Source: Chloroflexota bacterium
GTDB lineage: Bacteria; Chloroflexota; UBA5177
Assembly: GCA_051002135.1 (NCBI GenBank)
Contig: JBPCMQ010000016.1
Location: 51,430-115,429 of the forward strand
Reading direction: 5' to 3'
Length of the DNA stretch: 64,000 nucleotides
Notes under the pieces: generated by a model
Seen by the model: the letters and a program-made list of their open reading frames with translations, nothing else
What the model was told of the DNA's origin: nothing
Database searches by the model: none
Part shown: one piece after another, positions 1 through 11,917 of the stretch
Numbering within the stretch: the stretch's first letter is position 1
Layout: the number at the start of each line of letters is the position of its first letter
Made by a program: the position numbers and the translations under genes

Positions 1-62
1 GCCCTGGGGCGGGAGAGTCGATCACAGCCCGCTAATACGAGTCGACACGGCTTGTGAAGTAT

Positions 63-295
63 CGCTCCCGTCCCCCTTGACGGCGATCCGCCGTAGTCGC
101 ACCCCTCGTGGGTGCGTGTCCGTCCCTTCCACAATCCCTTTCGATGCAGGACGATGACCGCCGAGATCGCCCTTCCTCCGCCTGCGTACGGGCGGCTGCT
201 GCCAATCGACTGCGGGGAGGGACAAACTACTTGGACAGACACGCACCCACGAGGGGTGCGACTACAACAGATCACCGTCAAGGGGACGGGGGCGA
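63..295. repeat. Large palindromic repeat element: two ~62-nt arms in inverted orientation (63-125 and 234-295) separated by ~108 nt
   Basis: Hand alignment of 63-125 against the reverse complement of 234-295 gives 56 of 63 matches. The core GTCGCACCCCTCGTGGGTGCGTGTC (96-120) is perfectly inverted at 238-262. Each arm also has its own GCACCC-N5-GGGTGC hairpin. No convincing ORF. Confidence 0.8.
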
Positions 296-520
296 AACCC
301 ACGGCGCTGTTCGCTCGCCGAGCCCCTCTCGTCGACGAAGAACATCCAGGAGCCCTTGACTGGGACGGACGCGCAGCCACGACACGAGGGAGGAGGTGTG
401 CCGAGGAGCGGTGCTGCCGATGAGTCGCAAACCTCCACCCTTCGACCATAGGCCTTGACCACCGAACTCAGTGGTACCATCCGGGTGTCGAACACTCAAC
501 CCGGTTCAAGGAGGGGACTG

Positions 521-877
521 ATGGCTGACGGATTGTTCATTGGGTACGGACGAGCTGTGCACGGGCGTGAGGAAAAGGCGGGGATGGTCTTCCAGGAGGT
601 GATCGAGTACTACACCCGGCTGCAGCAGCAGGGTGAGATCGAAAGCTTCGAGCCGGTCGCGCTCGAGCTTCACGGCGGTGATCTCGAGGGTTTTATCTTG
701 ATTCGGGGCGAGAGGGAGAAGCTGGACCGCCTACGGCGGAACGATGAGTTCATGCGCCTCATTGTGCGCGGGTCCGCAGTGGTCGAACACCTTGGTATCG
801 TGTCCGCCATGATAGGTATCGAGCGCGTCGGCCAGTTCATACAGACGGCCCAAGGGAACACGGCGGATCTGACGTGA
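521..877 (+). CDS. Hypothetical protein (118 aa)
   Basis: ORF 455..877. In-frame ATG at 521 lies 6 nt after AAGGAGG (508-514). Composition is protein-like; no family recognised. Confidence 0.6.
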   Translation: MADGLFIGYGRAVHGREEKAGMVFQEVIEYYTRLQQQGEIESFEPVALELHGGDLEGFILIRGEREKLDRLRRNDEFMRLIVRGSAVVEHLGIVSAMIGIERVGQFIQTAQGNTADLT

Positions 878-1114
878 TTTGACTCGGTTGCGAGGATCCT
901 CATCTACCTGGATTCCCCTGCGCTCTTGGACATTCCGGAGGTTACTCAGGATAGTCGATTCCCCGATGTCCAGTCGATTACCAACAGCAGCAAAGCCCCC
1001 ACCTAGGGCGAAGGTTAAATCAGGGGCGACGAGGGATTGACCTTCGAAGAGATCAGCAACCGCCTCCACTGCCTGCGTCTGAAACTCCTGGTTCGCGTCA
1101 AACTTGAATTCCAT
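731..1114 (-). pseudogene. N-terminal remnant of a type III restriction enzyme Res (helicase) subunit
   Basis: The first ~70 aa (MEFKFDANQEFQTQAVEAVADLFEGQ...NRLDIGESTILSNLRNVQ) resemble the conserved N-terminus of type III Res proteins, recognised from memory. Full Res proteins are several hundred aa longer. The remainder of the ORF runs antisense through the 521..877 gene and is not Res-like. Confidence 0.5.
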
Positions 1115-1123
1115 CAGTGGCTG

Positions 1124-1804
1124 CTAGATGGTCTTCAGATGGCATTGGAGAGCAAGATTCGCCGCGGCCGTGTCATCCAGGGCAACGTCGCGGCAGACAA
1201 AAAGGTCGTCCCTTGTCAAGGACAACGCTCGCACGACGTCTAGGCTCAGAGCGTCAACCAGGCAGATTCGGATCGACTGCCCCTTGTCTTTGTCAACTAT
1301 GCTCCACGCGCGGACCCCATTCACGTCTTCCGCATTGATACTGGAAGTCAAGCTCAACCCCTCTTTGACCGATAGCTCGTGGATTACATTTATCGGCGTC
1401 CAGCCAGAAATCAGTGGATCAGCGAGCAATTCGAGTTGTACCGAATAGTCTGCAGGGCTCGTATCTGGATCTTCCGCGACCCAGCTCTGAAAATTTGAGG
1501 GACGCAGCCGGAAGTACTTGAAGCCTAAATCTTGCTTGATCCCGGGCTGGAGATCAAGTTGTTCTCGACTGCGCTTGCGTAGCCGGAGGATGACTCTAAC
1601 GACGCGCTGCACTCCGATGTCAGCAATCGTCTGAAGATTCGTGCCGTCCTTTAGGACTCCTGGTTGGGGAAGCGGCTCTGGCAGTTGTACAACGATGAAG
1701 CGTCGATTACCGCCATCCTCGTCGTTAAGATCCATTACGGCTTGAGCAGGAGCACCGCGTTGAATTCCATTCAGCGAGCTTCGACCACGCCCGCTCTCAC
1801 CCAC
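1124..1804 (-). pseudogene. C-terminal remnant of a type III Mod-like DNA methyltransferase
   Basis: AVMDLNDEDGGNRRFIVVQLPE and the following ~190 aa resemble the region after the AdoMet motif of type III Mod methylases. The catalytic DPPY region and the target-recognition part are missing upstream. The stop lies 9 nt before the Res-like start, which is the usual mod-res order. Confidence 0.55.
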
Positions 1805-1959
1805 CGACAGTCCGCTACAAGTAATTCAGACTTGAGGTACCAGCACAGAGCCCGCAGTTGGGAATGGCTGGGTTCGGTCCCATCGCTTCGTAGAAATCGC
1901 TCACAAGCATCCGCTCCACACAGCTCGCTGCATCGGCTCCGTAATGACGAATTTGAAAC

Positions 1960-2319
1960 TCACGAGGCCTCGTCCAGTTCGTAGAGATAGCACTTTGCGC
2001 CCTTTCCTGGATCGATGCGACGTACACCGCTGAAGGGAGACGCAACTATGTCGCGCGGGTCGAGCCCCTCATCTTCCAGAGTCGTCCACCGTGCGCTGTA
2101 CCAATCGACGAGATTCCGGCACCATTCGTGGAAGCTGCCCATTTGTCCGTGGTACTCCCGCCGCAGATTGTCTGCGACTCTTGGGTGCCGGTCCAGTTCG
2201 CGGCCAATTAGTTCACGATCTATTGGACGACCCAACCGGGTCGACTCCTTGTGTATGATCTCCTGTATCACCGGAAACACCACAGAGAGTAGACCTGAAC
2301 TTGTTTCCTTCTGTCCCAT
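1960..2319 (-). CDS. Hypothetical protein (119 aa)
   Basis: Clean ORF with protein-like composition; no recognised motif. Confidence 0.45.
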   Translation of the reverse strand: MGQKETSSGLLSVVFPVIQEIIHKESTRLGRPIDRELIGRELDRHPRVADNLRREYHGQMGSFHEWCRNLVDWYSARWTTLEDEGLDPRDIVASPFSGVRRIDPGKGAKCYLYELDEAS

Positions 2320-2532
2320 AGCGGTCCCTACCCCTTCTCGTCCTTCAATGGATATCTTCTCTGGATGTGGTTTTTTGCGATTCCTGGTCCTCCCGACCCG
2401 ACCGGGGCGGACGAGCGGGAAGCGTTTTTCGTCAAGAACCTCGATCCATCATGGAGCCTCGGGTCATGCGTGTCTATTCGCACTTCGCGCATTCCTCTGT
2501 CTCCAAAAGGAGTAGAGCAAGGCACTCAGCAC

Positions 2533-2569
2533 AAAATGAAAGAGGTCCGGGACATCGTCCCGGACCTCT
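2533..2569 (-). terminator. Intrinsic terminator downstream of groEL
   Basis: 12-bp perfect stem AGAGGTCCGGGA / TCCCGGACCTCT (2541-2552 and 2558-2569), 5-nt loop, followed on the minus strand by TTCATTTT. Confidence 0.75.
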
Positions 2570-2590
2570 TCTCAACCAACCTCAGTCGGT

Positions 2591-4532
<1,942 letters not shown>

Positions 4533-4576
4533 CGGATGTCCTCCTTCGTTCTGCATAATGTTCCTGCTGATCTATG

Positions 4577-4603
4577 TTAGCACTCTCAGGTCGAGAGTGC
4601 TAA
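4577..4603 (-). promoter_or_regulatory. CIRCE operator (HrcA binding site) upstream of groES-groEL
   Basis: Exact consensus TTAGCACTC-N9-GAGTGCTAA. Confidence 0.95.
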
Positions 4604-4660
4604 CTCCGTTCGAGTGTACGTACCGCCGGCGAGAAAAGGCGGGCACCGGAGCCTCTCTGC

Positions 4661-5230
4661 TTACGAGGTTTCTCGTTCCCCGCTCGATCCTGGGGAGTGC
4701 GTCCGGCACGTCTCCAGCAGCGCCACCCATTCCTCCGGCGTGTTCGCGTTGACGACGGAGAGGTGACGCGGATCGAACCGGTCGATCTCCGGAGTCTCGA
4801 CCCACCGGGTACGGATGTGCTCCACGAGCCTCTGCAGGCTGTAGGTACCGCGGTGGATCAGGAGGTCGATGGCAGGCAGGCAGGCGCGCGCGTACACGGC
4901 GTGCGTCGGGTGGGCTCGGCCGTCGATGCGCGGTACGACCGCGTCGTATCCAGACGCCAGCTCGACCAGACTGCCGAGCAGTTCGGCGTTGAGCAATGGC
5001 ATGTCGCACGCAACCACCAGGGTGAGATCGTGACGTACACACCGCAGGGCCGAATAGATGCCGCCGAGCGGCCCGGCTTCGGGTATCTCGTCGACACATG
5101 ACCGAGCCCCCGGAGTCGGCGAGGTTCGACCGACGACGATGACATCGTCGGTCAGCAGCAAGAGTGTCTCGACGGCGTGCTGCAGAATCGTCGTGTCGCC
5201 GAGCCGCAACAGGGCCTTGTCCCTGCCCAT
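4661..5230 (-). CDS. mobA: Molybdenum cofactor guanylyltransferase MobA-like; true start probably upstream of the first ATG
   Basis: GRDKALL, a PLGG-type motif and ACDMPLL fit MobA. The conserved LAGGKSLRMG nucleotide-binding motif is encoded in frame immediately upstream of ATG 5230. Confidence 0.8.
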   Translation of the reverse strand: MGRDKALLRLGDTTILQHAVETLLLLTDDVIVVGRTSPTPGARSCVDEIPEAGPLGGIYSALRCVRHDLTLVVACDMPLLNAELLGSLVELASGYDAVVPRIDGRAHPTHAVYARACLPAIDLLIHRGTYSLQRLVEHIRTRWVETPEIDRFDPRHLSVVNANTPEEWVALLETCRTHSPGSSGERETS

Positions 5231-5303
5231 GCGGAGACTCTTTCCGCCCGCAAGAACCGCTCCCGAGAACGAGATTGCGCTGGAGTCGAAGTCGCCGTCT
5301 TCG

Positions 5304-6296
5304 CTAGCGGGCAGCTGCGGACTCAGCGACGAGCGGCGAAGACCGAAGGCAGGCCGTCAGGCGTGCCGGCTCGATGTTGCCGCCGCTGATGACCGAGACC
5401 GCGCGCTTGTGACGCAGGCCCGAATGCCCAAACAGCACCGCGGCGGTGGCGACGGCGCCGGAGGGCTCGGCGATAAGCTTCCCGTGCGTCGCCAGAATCT
5501 GCACTGTCCGCAGGATCTCGCCGTCCGAAACGGTCACGATGTCGTCGACGAGCTCGCGGATGGTGACGAAGTTCAGCTCGCCGAGACGGCTGGTTCGTAG
5601 CCCGTCGGCGATCGTGTCGATATGGTCCCAGGTCACCAGGCGTCCTTCCTTGAGGGACTCCTGGGCGTCCGCGCCGCCCGCCGGCTCCACGCCCACAACC
5701 GTGACATTGGGGAGCAGGCCCTTCACGGCGGTGGCAATGCCGGAAATGAGGCCTCCACCACCCACGGGGACGAGCACGGCTTCGACGTCGGGAAGCTGTT
5801 CAAGAATCTCTAGTCCTACCGTCCCCTGACCGGCGATGATGCGGGGATCGTCAAACGGAGGGATGACACTATACCCATGCTCCTCGACGAGCTGGAGGGC
5901 GCGCTGCTGCCGGTCAAGCGACGTATGGCCGGCGAATTGGATCTCCGCTCCCCAGGCCCGGGTCGCCTCCACCTTCACCGGGATGGCGTCCCCGGGCATC
6001 ACCACGACGGCGTGCGCGCCCAACAAGCACGCCGCGCAGGCGACCGCCTGTCCGTGATTGCCGGAGGAATAGGTAACGACGCCGCGGTCCTGCTCGTCCC
6101 GCGTGAGGGACGAGACCGCGTTGTACGCGCCTCGGATCTTGAAGGACGACGTGCGCTGAAGGTTTTCCGCCTTGAGCCACAGCTCGTTGCCGTCGGGAAC
6201 CTGGAGTCCGAAAGCAGGGAGCAATGGAGACTTCAGGGCAACGCCTGCGATGCACTCTCGCGCCTGACGAATCTGTTCGAGGGTGACCGGGGGCAT
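5304..6296 (-). CDS. PLP-dependent threonine/serine dehydratase (threonine ammonia-lyase family, short form without regulatory domain)
   Basis: SSFKIRGAYN contains the PLP lysine. Also has SSGNHGQAVA and a GGGGL glycine loop. 330 aa. Confidence 0.9.
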   Translation of the reverse strand: MPPVTLEQIRQARECIAGVALKSPLLPAFGLQVPDGNELWLKAENLQRTSSFKIRGAYNAVSSLTRDEQDRGVVTYSSGNHGQAVACAACLLGAHAVVVMPGDAIPVKVEATRAWGAEIQFAGHTSLDRQQRALQLVEEHGYSVIPPFDDPRIIAGQGTVGLEILEQLPDVEAVLVPVGGGGLISGIATAVKGLLPNVTVVGVEPAGGADAQESLKEGRLVTWDHIDTIADGLRTSRLGELNFVTIRELVDDIVTVSDGEILRTVQILATHGKLIAEPSGAVATAAVLFGHSGLRHKRAVSVISGGNIEPARLTACLRSSPLVAESAAAR

Positions 6297-6298
6297 CG

Positions 6299-7420
6299 TC
6301 AGCGGACGACGAGCGGTATGGTTCTGCTGTTGCGGATGCTCACCTGGGCCGCCATCTTTCTTGCGAGCTGATCGAAAGCTTGCGCCCTGTCGCCTCCGGG
6401 ATCGCGTACCGCGACCGGATGCCCCTCGTCACCGCTAATGCGAATGCTCTCATCCAGGGGAATCGCCCCGAGGAAGGGAACCTTCAGGTTTTCGGCAGTC
6501 TGTGCTCCGCCCCCGTGGCTGAATACATGACTTTCGTGGCCGCAATTGGGGCACGTGAAACCGCTCATGTTTTCAACAATTCCCAGGACGGGGACATTCA
6601 GCTGACGGAACATGGCGAGAGCCTTGGTCGCGATGCCCAGGGCCACATCCTGAGGAGTGGTGACCACGACGATGCCGGAAAGTGGAATCGATTGAATAAG
6701 GGTGAGGGATGCGTCTCCCGTTCCCGGTGGAAGGTCGACAAGGAGATAGTCGAGCTCGCCCCAATCGACATCGCCAAGCATCTGTTTGACCGCCTGTCCC
6801 ACCATCGGGCCACGCCAGATGATCGGCTTCCCGTCCGTATTCATGAACCCCAACGACATAAGCTTGATCCCGTGCGATTCATTCGGAATCAGGCGCTTGT
6901 CCTCAGCGCGGATTCCCTCGTGCACGCCCATCAGCGAGGGAACGCTGGGGCCGTACACGTCCGCGTCGAGAAGCCCGACACGCGCCCCGGTTCCCGCCAG
7001 CGCGACCGCCAGGTTCACGGCTACGGTGGACTTGCCCACGCCGCCTTTGCCGCTGCCCACGGCTATGACGTTACGCACGTTCGGCAGCTCGATCTGCCCA
7101 GTGCGACCGCCTGGCGCGCTCTGGCGCACGTTCGCGGACATGGCGACCTCGACGTCACCGACGCCGGGTAGCGCCTTCACCACGCTCTCGGCCTGCGACT
7201 TGAACTGATCGCGCACCGGGCAGGCCGGAGTGGTCAACTCAAACGTGAAGCCGACGCGCGACCCCTCGGGTTTCGGTGTGATTTCGAGCTGCTTGATCAT
7301 TCCCAGGGACACAACGTCCCGGTGCAGATCTGGGTCGATAATCTGCCGGAGAGCGTCCAGCACCGCCTCTTTGGTCACACCGGTGCGCTCCATTGTTGCT
7401 TGCTCTTTCTTAAAAAACAT
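6299..7420 (-). CDS. apbC: Mrp/ApbC/NBP35-family Fe-S cluster carrier ATPase with N-terminal DUF59-like domain
   Basis: GSGKGGVGKST deviant Walker A, a CPNCGH (CxxC) motif, and an N-terminal ITPKPEG...TTPACP segment. Confidence 0.9.
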   Translation of the reverse strand: MFFKKEQATMERTGVTKEAVLDALRQIIDPDLHRDVVSLGMIKQLEITPKPEGSRVGFTFELTTPACPVRDQFKSQAESVVKALPGVGDVEVAMSANVRQSAPGGRTGQIELPNVRNVIAVGSGKGGVGKSTVAVNLAVALAGTGARVGLLDADVYGPSVPSLMGVHEGIRAEDKRLIPNESHGIKLMSLGFMNTDGKPIIWRGPMVGQAVKQMLGDVDWGELDYLLVDLPPGTGDASLTLIQSIPLSGIVVVTTPQDVALGIATKALAMFRQLNVPVLGIVENMSGFTCPNCGHESHVFSHGGGAQTAENLKVPFLGAIPLDESIRISGDEGHPVAVRDPGGDRAQAFDQLARKMAAQVSIRNSRTIPLVVR

Positions 7421-7600
7421 GATGTTCTTCCACCGCCTTGCACCACAAACCGGCGGGGCGTGCAGCCAGCCAGCCGGTACCCGACGAGCCTACATCCGCC
7501 GGGCGAAAAATCGATTTGGGCCAGCTCAGTCTACACCGCTATTTGGAGCGTCGATGGCAACGAGAGGACCGGAGAGTGTTTTGTGGTCCGTAGAAACCTG

Positions 7601-8779
7601 TCAGCGACGGCGAATGAATGCCGGGATGTCGTACTCGTCGTCGTCGTCGTTGAAGTCCGATCGCCGGTAGGACGGCTCGTCGCGCACGTCGCGTCGAGTT
7701 GCCGGTTCGCTGCGAGGCTCAGTCCGTGGCTGTTCCAGCCGAGACTCCGCCGTTCGTTCCGGCGACGGCTGCCGGCCGGTCGAAATATCGCGAGACAACG
7801 GGCGCGCACTCCCCTGACGGACCGTCGCGCTTCGCCCCTCGAAGCCGGTCGCGATGACGGTGATTTGAAGCTCGTCCTGCAGGCGCTCGTCGATAATGGC
7901 CCCGAAGATGATGTTGGCGTCCGGATCCGCGGCTTCCTGGATAACGCTTGCGGCCTGGTGCACCTCGTGCAATGTGTAGTCACTGCCGGCGATATTGAAA
8001 AGGACGCCCTTAGCGCCGGAGATGGATACCTCGAGCAAGGGGCTGGCGATGGCCGCCTGTGCCGCCTTGACCGCACGATCCTCGCCCGCCGCCCGCCCTA
8101 TCGCCATGAGAGCGGAACCCGCGTGGGACATGACGGCCTTCACATCGGCGAAGTCCAGGTTGATCAGGCCGGGTTTGGTGATCGTGTCCGAAATGCCCTC
8201 GATGCCCTGATGGAGGACCTCGTCCGCCAGGGTGAATGCCTCGGCCATCGACATCTTCTGATCGGCGACTGTCAGCAACCGGTCGTTCGGGATCGTGATG
8301 AGCGCGTCCACGCGCTCCTTAAGCGCGGCAGCGCCTTCCTCCGCCGAGGTTCTACGTCGCGGGCCTTCAAACGTAAACGGCTTTGTCACCACCCCGACGG
8401 TGAGCGCACCCACATCCTGGGCGATCTGCGCGATGATTGGCGCCGCCCCCGTTCCAGTACCGCCGCCCATACCCGCGGTGATGAAGACCATATCCGCGCC
8501 TTGCAGCGCCTCGTATAATTCCTCTGTGCTTTCCTCGGCAGCTTTCTGACCCGTGTTCGGGTTGCCACCGGCGCCGAGGCCACGGGTCAGCTTTTCGCCA
8601 ATTTGAATGCGAAGCGGGGATTGTGCTTGCTGTAGCGCCTGGCTGTCAGTGTTGACCGAGATGAAGTCAACACCCTGCACCTGTGCCTTGATCATTCGAT
8701 TCACGGCGTTGGTGCCGCCCCCGCCCACACCAATCACCTTGATGGTCGCCTCGGGAAGAAGGTCCTGCGTTCCCATCAT
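7601..8779 (-). CDS. ftsZ: Cell division GTPase FtsZ
   Basis: [11 protein letters not shown] and [10 protein letters not shown] tubulin signature motifs; C-terminal DIPAFIRRR peptide. GAGGAGGG precedes ATG-ATG at 8779/8776. The longer ORF reaching 8911 overlaps ftsA. Confidence 0.97.
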   Translation of the reverse strand: MMGTQDLLPEATIKVIGVGGGGTNAVNRMIKAQVQGVDFISVNTDSQALQQAQSPLRIQIGEKLTRGLGAGGNPNTGQKAAEESTEELYEALQGADMVFITAGMGGGTGTGAAPIIAQIAQDVGALTVGVVTKPFTFEGPRRRTSAEEGAAALKERVDALITIPNDRLLTVADQKMSMAEAFTLADEVLHQGIEGISDTITKPGLINLDFADVKAVMSHAGSALMAIGRAAGEDRAVKAAQAAIASPLLEVSISGAKGVLFNIAGSDYTLHEVHQAASVIQEAADPDANIIFGAIIDERLQDELQITVIATGFEGRSATVRQGSARPLSRDISTGRQPSPERTAESRLEQPRTEPRSEPATRRDVRDEPSYRRSDFNDDDDEYDIPAFIRRR

Positions 8780-8859
8780 GTTCCCTCCTCTTTTTACCTG
8801 ACCCTTGAACGGCCGCATGTTGTCCAAATCGTCGCCCCCTGCTCTGTCGTCATCGCGCC

Positions 8860-10098
8860 CTAGGCCAGAAACTCGCGAAACATTCCGCGCAATCGACTCA
8901 GGCCTTTCCATTGGGGAAAGGTAAGAATGGGCGCACTCGCTTCCTCAGTATGATACGCTGCCCATCGCAAAAGGCCAATGGTGGTGGCATAGGCGGGTCG
9001 CATGATGGTGTCCGTCAGGCCGATGGCTCCTCTCGGCACGCCCACCCGTACCGGCAGCTCGAGCACGTCTCGCCCCAGAAGTCGGATATCGCGCAGCTCC
9101 GCCGCGCCGCCGACGAGAACCACGCCGGCCGGCAACCGGCCATCCAGCCCCGACCGTCCAAGCTCCGCTCGAATCAGTCTCAGAATCTCCTGCATGCGAG
9201 ACTCGATGATGTCCACCACCAGTCGCCGCGAGATGAGCTCCCCCTCGTCCTGGTCGTAGGTCTGGACCTCCAACACTTCGTCCGGCCCGACCTGCGAGGT
9301 GCAGGCGCTGCCGTGCTCGATTTTCACCTGCTCCGCAACTGAGAATGGCGCGCGCAGTCCAAGGGAGAGATCGGTGGTGACGTGGTTTCCTGCCACGCCG
9401 ATAGCGCTCGTGTAGCACACAGCGCCATCCGTGAAGACCGCGACGTCGGTCGTCCCGCCCCCAATATCGGCAATGGCGACCCCGATGTCCTTCTCTCCGG
9501 GGCTGAGCACTGCTTCGCTCGAGGCCAGAGGCTGCAGGATCAGGTCGTCGATCTGAAGTCCCGCCCGATTGACGCAGCGAACCAGATTTCGAATGCTGGT
9601 GCTGCCACCCGTGACGATGTGCATCTCGGCCTCCAGCCGGCGCCCCACCATGCCGATGGGATCGCGCACCCCATCCTGGCCGTCCAGCGTGTACCCACGT
9701 GCCAGCACGTGGATGATCTCTCGATCGTTGGCGATGGCCTGAACTCGGGCAGCCTCCATCGCTCGCTCCACGTCGGGAACGGTTATTTCGGAAGCATTTG
9801 GCGACACGGCGACGACACCACGACGGTTCGCGCCGGTAATGTGGGAACCGGTCACGCCGACGTACGCCGATTGAATCGAGTAGCCGGAAAGCCGCTCGCA
9901 CTTTTCAACCGACTGAACGATGGCCTGCGCCGCCTCGTCGATGTCGACGACGACGCCCTTGCGCATGCCCGCGGACGGCGCGGTACCCACCCCGACGACA
10001 TTGACCTGCTGATTCCTGTCGACCTCGGCTAGAAGTGTGCAGATCTTGGTCGTGCCGATATCAAGCGCGACCACGATGTTGTCCTTAGGTACGGGCAT
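8860..10098 (-). CDS. ftsA: Cell division protein FtsA
   Basis: Actin-fold motifs ([18 protein letters not shown]) and position between ftsQ and ftsZ. Confidence 0.95.
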   Translation of the reverse strand: MPVPKDNIVVALDIGTTKICTLLAEVDRNQQVNVVGVGTAPSAGMRKGVVVDIDEAAQAIVQSVEKCERLSGYSIQSAYVGVTGSHITGANRRGVVAVSPNASEITVPDVERAMEAARVQAIANDREIIHVLARGYTLDGQDGVRDPIGMVGRRLEAEMHIVTGGSTSIRNLVRCVNRAGLQIDDLILQPLASSEAVLSPGEKDIGVAIADIGGGTTDVAVFTDGAVCYTSAIGVAGNHVTTDLSLGLRAPFSVAEQVKIEHGSACTSQVGPDEVLEVQTYDQDEGELISRRLVVDIIESRMQEILRLIRAELGRSGLDGRLPAGVVLVGGAAELRDIRLLGRDVLELPVRVGVPRGAIGLTDTIMRPAYATTIGLLRWAAYHTEEASAPILTFPQWKGLSRLRGMFREFLA

Positions 10099-10211
10099 GT
10101 TCCGCCTGGCTGCTGCTCACGAATGGCACTAGTATACCGGAAGTGTTTGCGTGTCCACTGGTGATTTCCGGGACACTTTTGCGCGGCTGTCAGCGAAATC
10201 GGGACTCATCG

Positions 10212-10949
10212 TCATACTCCGGCGAGGCGTAGAAAAGGAGTCGGAAGGCGCAGGTCCACAAAACGCAATCCGTGCTGCCGGACCTGGGGATCACCTAGGA
10301 CGGAGCTGAGCTCGGCGATGCGGTCAACCAGCGTTTGCGGCGTCCCGCGTCCCACTGCTGCCTGCCATCCTGCACGCCCGACAACGACCAAACCCACCTT
10401 GGGGTCCATGTGAAACGTCGCGATGTCACCCCTTGGCGCCGATGGCAGCGTTTCCGCCGCGTATCGTACGGCTTGGACGATCCCCGGCGGCAAAGTCTGT
10501 CCCGGCTGCGTTCCGTCGATCACAGGCAGATGAGTCGTCTGTACCTGGGCGATGATACGCCCTTGGGGGTCAACCTCGTAGAGTGCCTTGCCGTCCCGCC
10601 AGGCCAGGAAGCGGCGTCGCATGCGCACGTAGACCGTCACCCCGTTCGGAAAGACCGCATCCACGCGCTGCACGTCGAGCTCGTGCATAGATGCCAGTCT
10701 GCGCACTACCTGGTCCGATCGCACCGTGAAGATGTTTTGGCCAACGACACCCGCCGTCAGAGCTACGGCATCCGACGGCAACGACGCGCCCACCACCTTC
10801 ACGCTGCGTACGCGAAAGAACCCGCCGAGAGACGCGGCCAGGAGAGTCATGCAGATGACAAGCGCGACGATGGACCACCACGTTCTGTGGGGCACGTGGG
10901 TTCGCCTGGGCCGAGTCTCACCGCGAGAGTGCATCTTTTTGTTCGTCAT
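10212..10949 (-). CDS. ftsQ: Cell division protein FtsQ/DivIB
   Basis: A single TM helix followed by a POTRA-like region (VRSVKVVG). Position between murB and ftsA; 4-nt overlap with the murB stop. Confidence 0.8.
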   Translation of the reverse strand: MTNKKMHSRGETRPRRTHVPHRTWWSIVALVICMTLLAASLGGFFRVRSVKVVGASLPSDAVALTAGVVGQNIFTVRSDQVVRRLASMHELDVQRVDAVFPNGVTVYVRMRRRFLAWRDGKALYEVDPQGRIIAQVQTTHLPVIDGTQPGQTLPPGIVQAVRYAAETLPSAPRGDIATFHMDPKVGLVVVGRAGWQAAVGRGTPQTLVDRIAELSSVLGDPQVRQHGLRFVDLRLPTPFLRLAGV

Positions 10950-11917
10950 GCCGCGATACCGAGAACGGATCTCAGCGCCTCGTCCGGCCAGCGTCCGACA
11001 AATTGAACTTCCGGCTCGAGGTCGACGCCAAACAGGTCCTTGACCCGTTCCTGTACCAGCCGCATTAGCCCCAGGATGTCACCGGCGGTGGCGCCTCCAG
11101 CGTTCAAGATGAAGTTGGCATGCATGGGCGCTATCTGAGCGCCTCCAAGGCGATACCCCTTGAGGCCTCCACTTTCGATCAGAGCGCCTGCATGATTGCC
11201 AGGAGGGTTCTTGAAGGTCGAGCCGGCCGAGGGCTCCTTGACCGGCTGCGTGCGCAGCCGGTGCGCACGCAGCTCATCAACTCGCGCCAGCGAGGCTTGA
11301 GGCGAGTCGCGCTCGAGATGAAATCGACAGCCCGTAACCACAAAGCGGCTGCGTGTGGCGGACCGTTCTTTCAGGGCACTTTGGCGATAGTGATATGCGA
11401 GATCATCCGATGTCATAGTTCGGGAGAGGCCATCGCCATCGGCGACGGTGGCCGAGATCAGAGCATGCGCGACATCGCCCCAGTGAGCTCCGGCGTTGTT
11501 GACCACGCCTCCACCGACGGTTCCGGGAATCGCGATGCCCCATTCCATGCCCGTGAATCCTCGCCGGGCGGTCTCCTGGGCCACCTTGGCGAAGAATACG
11601 CCGGCCCCGCAGTGAATCTGGGGCTCCCCCAGTGTCTCTTCGATCGTGAGGCCACGGACGCGATTTGCGATCACGATACCGTCGATACCCGCGTCAGACA
11701 CGAGCACGTTGTACCCGCCTCCAAGGACCAACCACGGCAGGCCGGCCTCACGGGCGACTTTGAGCGCGCCAAATACCGCGTTCTCGGTCTCCGCTACCCC
11801 AAAAAAGTCCGCGGGCCCGCCGACCCTCCAGCTCGTATGCCGCGTCATCGGCTCGTATGCCGTCACGCGCGTGAGCCCGGCCGAGGACAGAGCCAGGAGG
11901 ACCTGGTCGTTGTTCAT
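10946..11917 (-). CDS. murB: UDP-N-acetylenolpyruvoylglucosamine reductase MurB
   Basis: FAD-binding N-terminus (TSWRVGGPADFF), C-terminal GSTFKNP motif, dcw context. Confidence 0.93.
   Translation of the reverse strand: MNNDQVLLALSSAGLTRVTAYEPMTRHTSWRVGGPADFFGVAETENAVFGALKVAREAGLPWLVLGGGYNVLVSDAGIDGIVIANRVRGLTIEETLGEPQIHCGAGVFFAKVAQETARRGFTGMEWGIAIPGTVGGGVVNNAGAHWGDVAHALISATVADGDGLSRTMTSDDLAYHYRQSALKERSATRSRFVVTGCRFHLERDSPQASLARVDELRAHRLRTQPVKEPSAGSTFKNPPGNHAGALIESGGLKGYRLGGAQIAPMHANFILNAGGATAGDILGLMRLVQERVKDLFGVDLEPEVQFVGRWPDEALRSVLGIAA

Noticed and set aside
10131-10157. Sigma-70-type promoter for ftsA-ftsZ in the ftsQ-ftsA spacer (TGGACA ... TATACT on the minus strand).
   Set aside because: The spacer between the hexamers is only 15 nt by my count, so the call is too weak to list as a feature.
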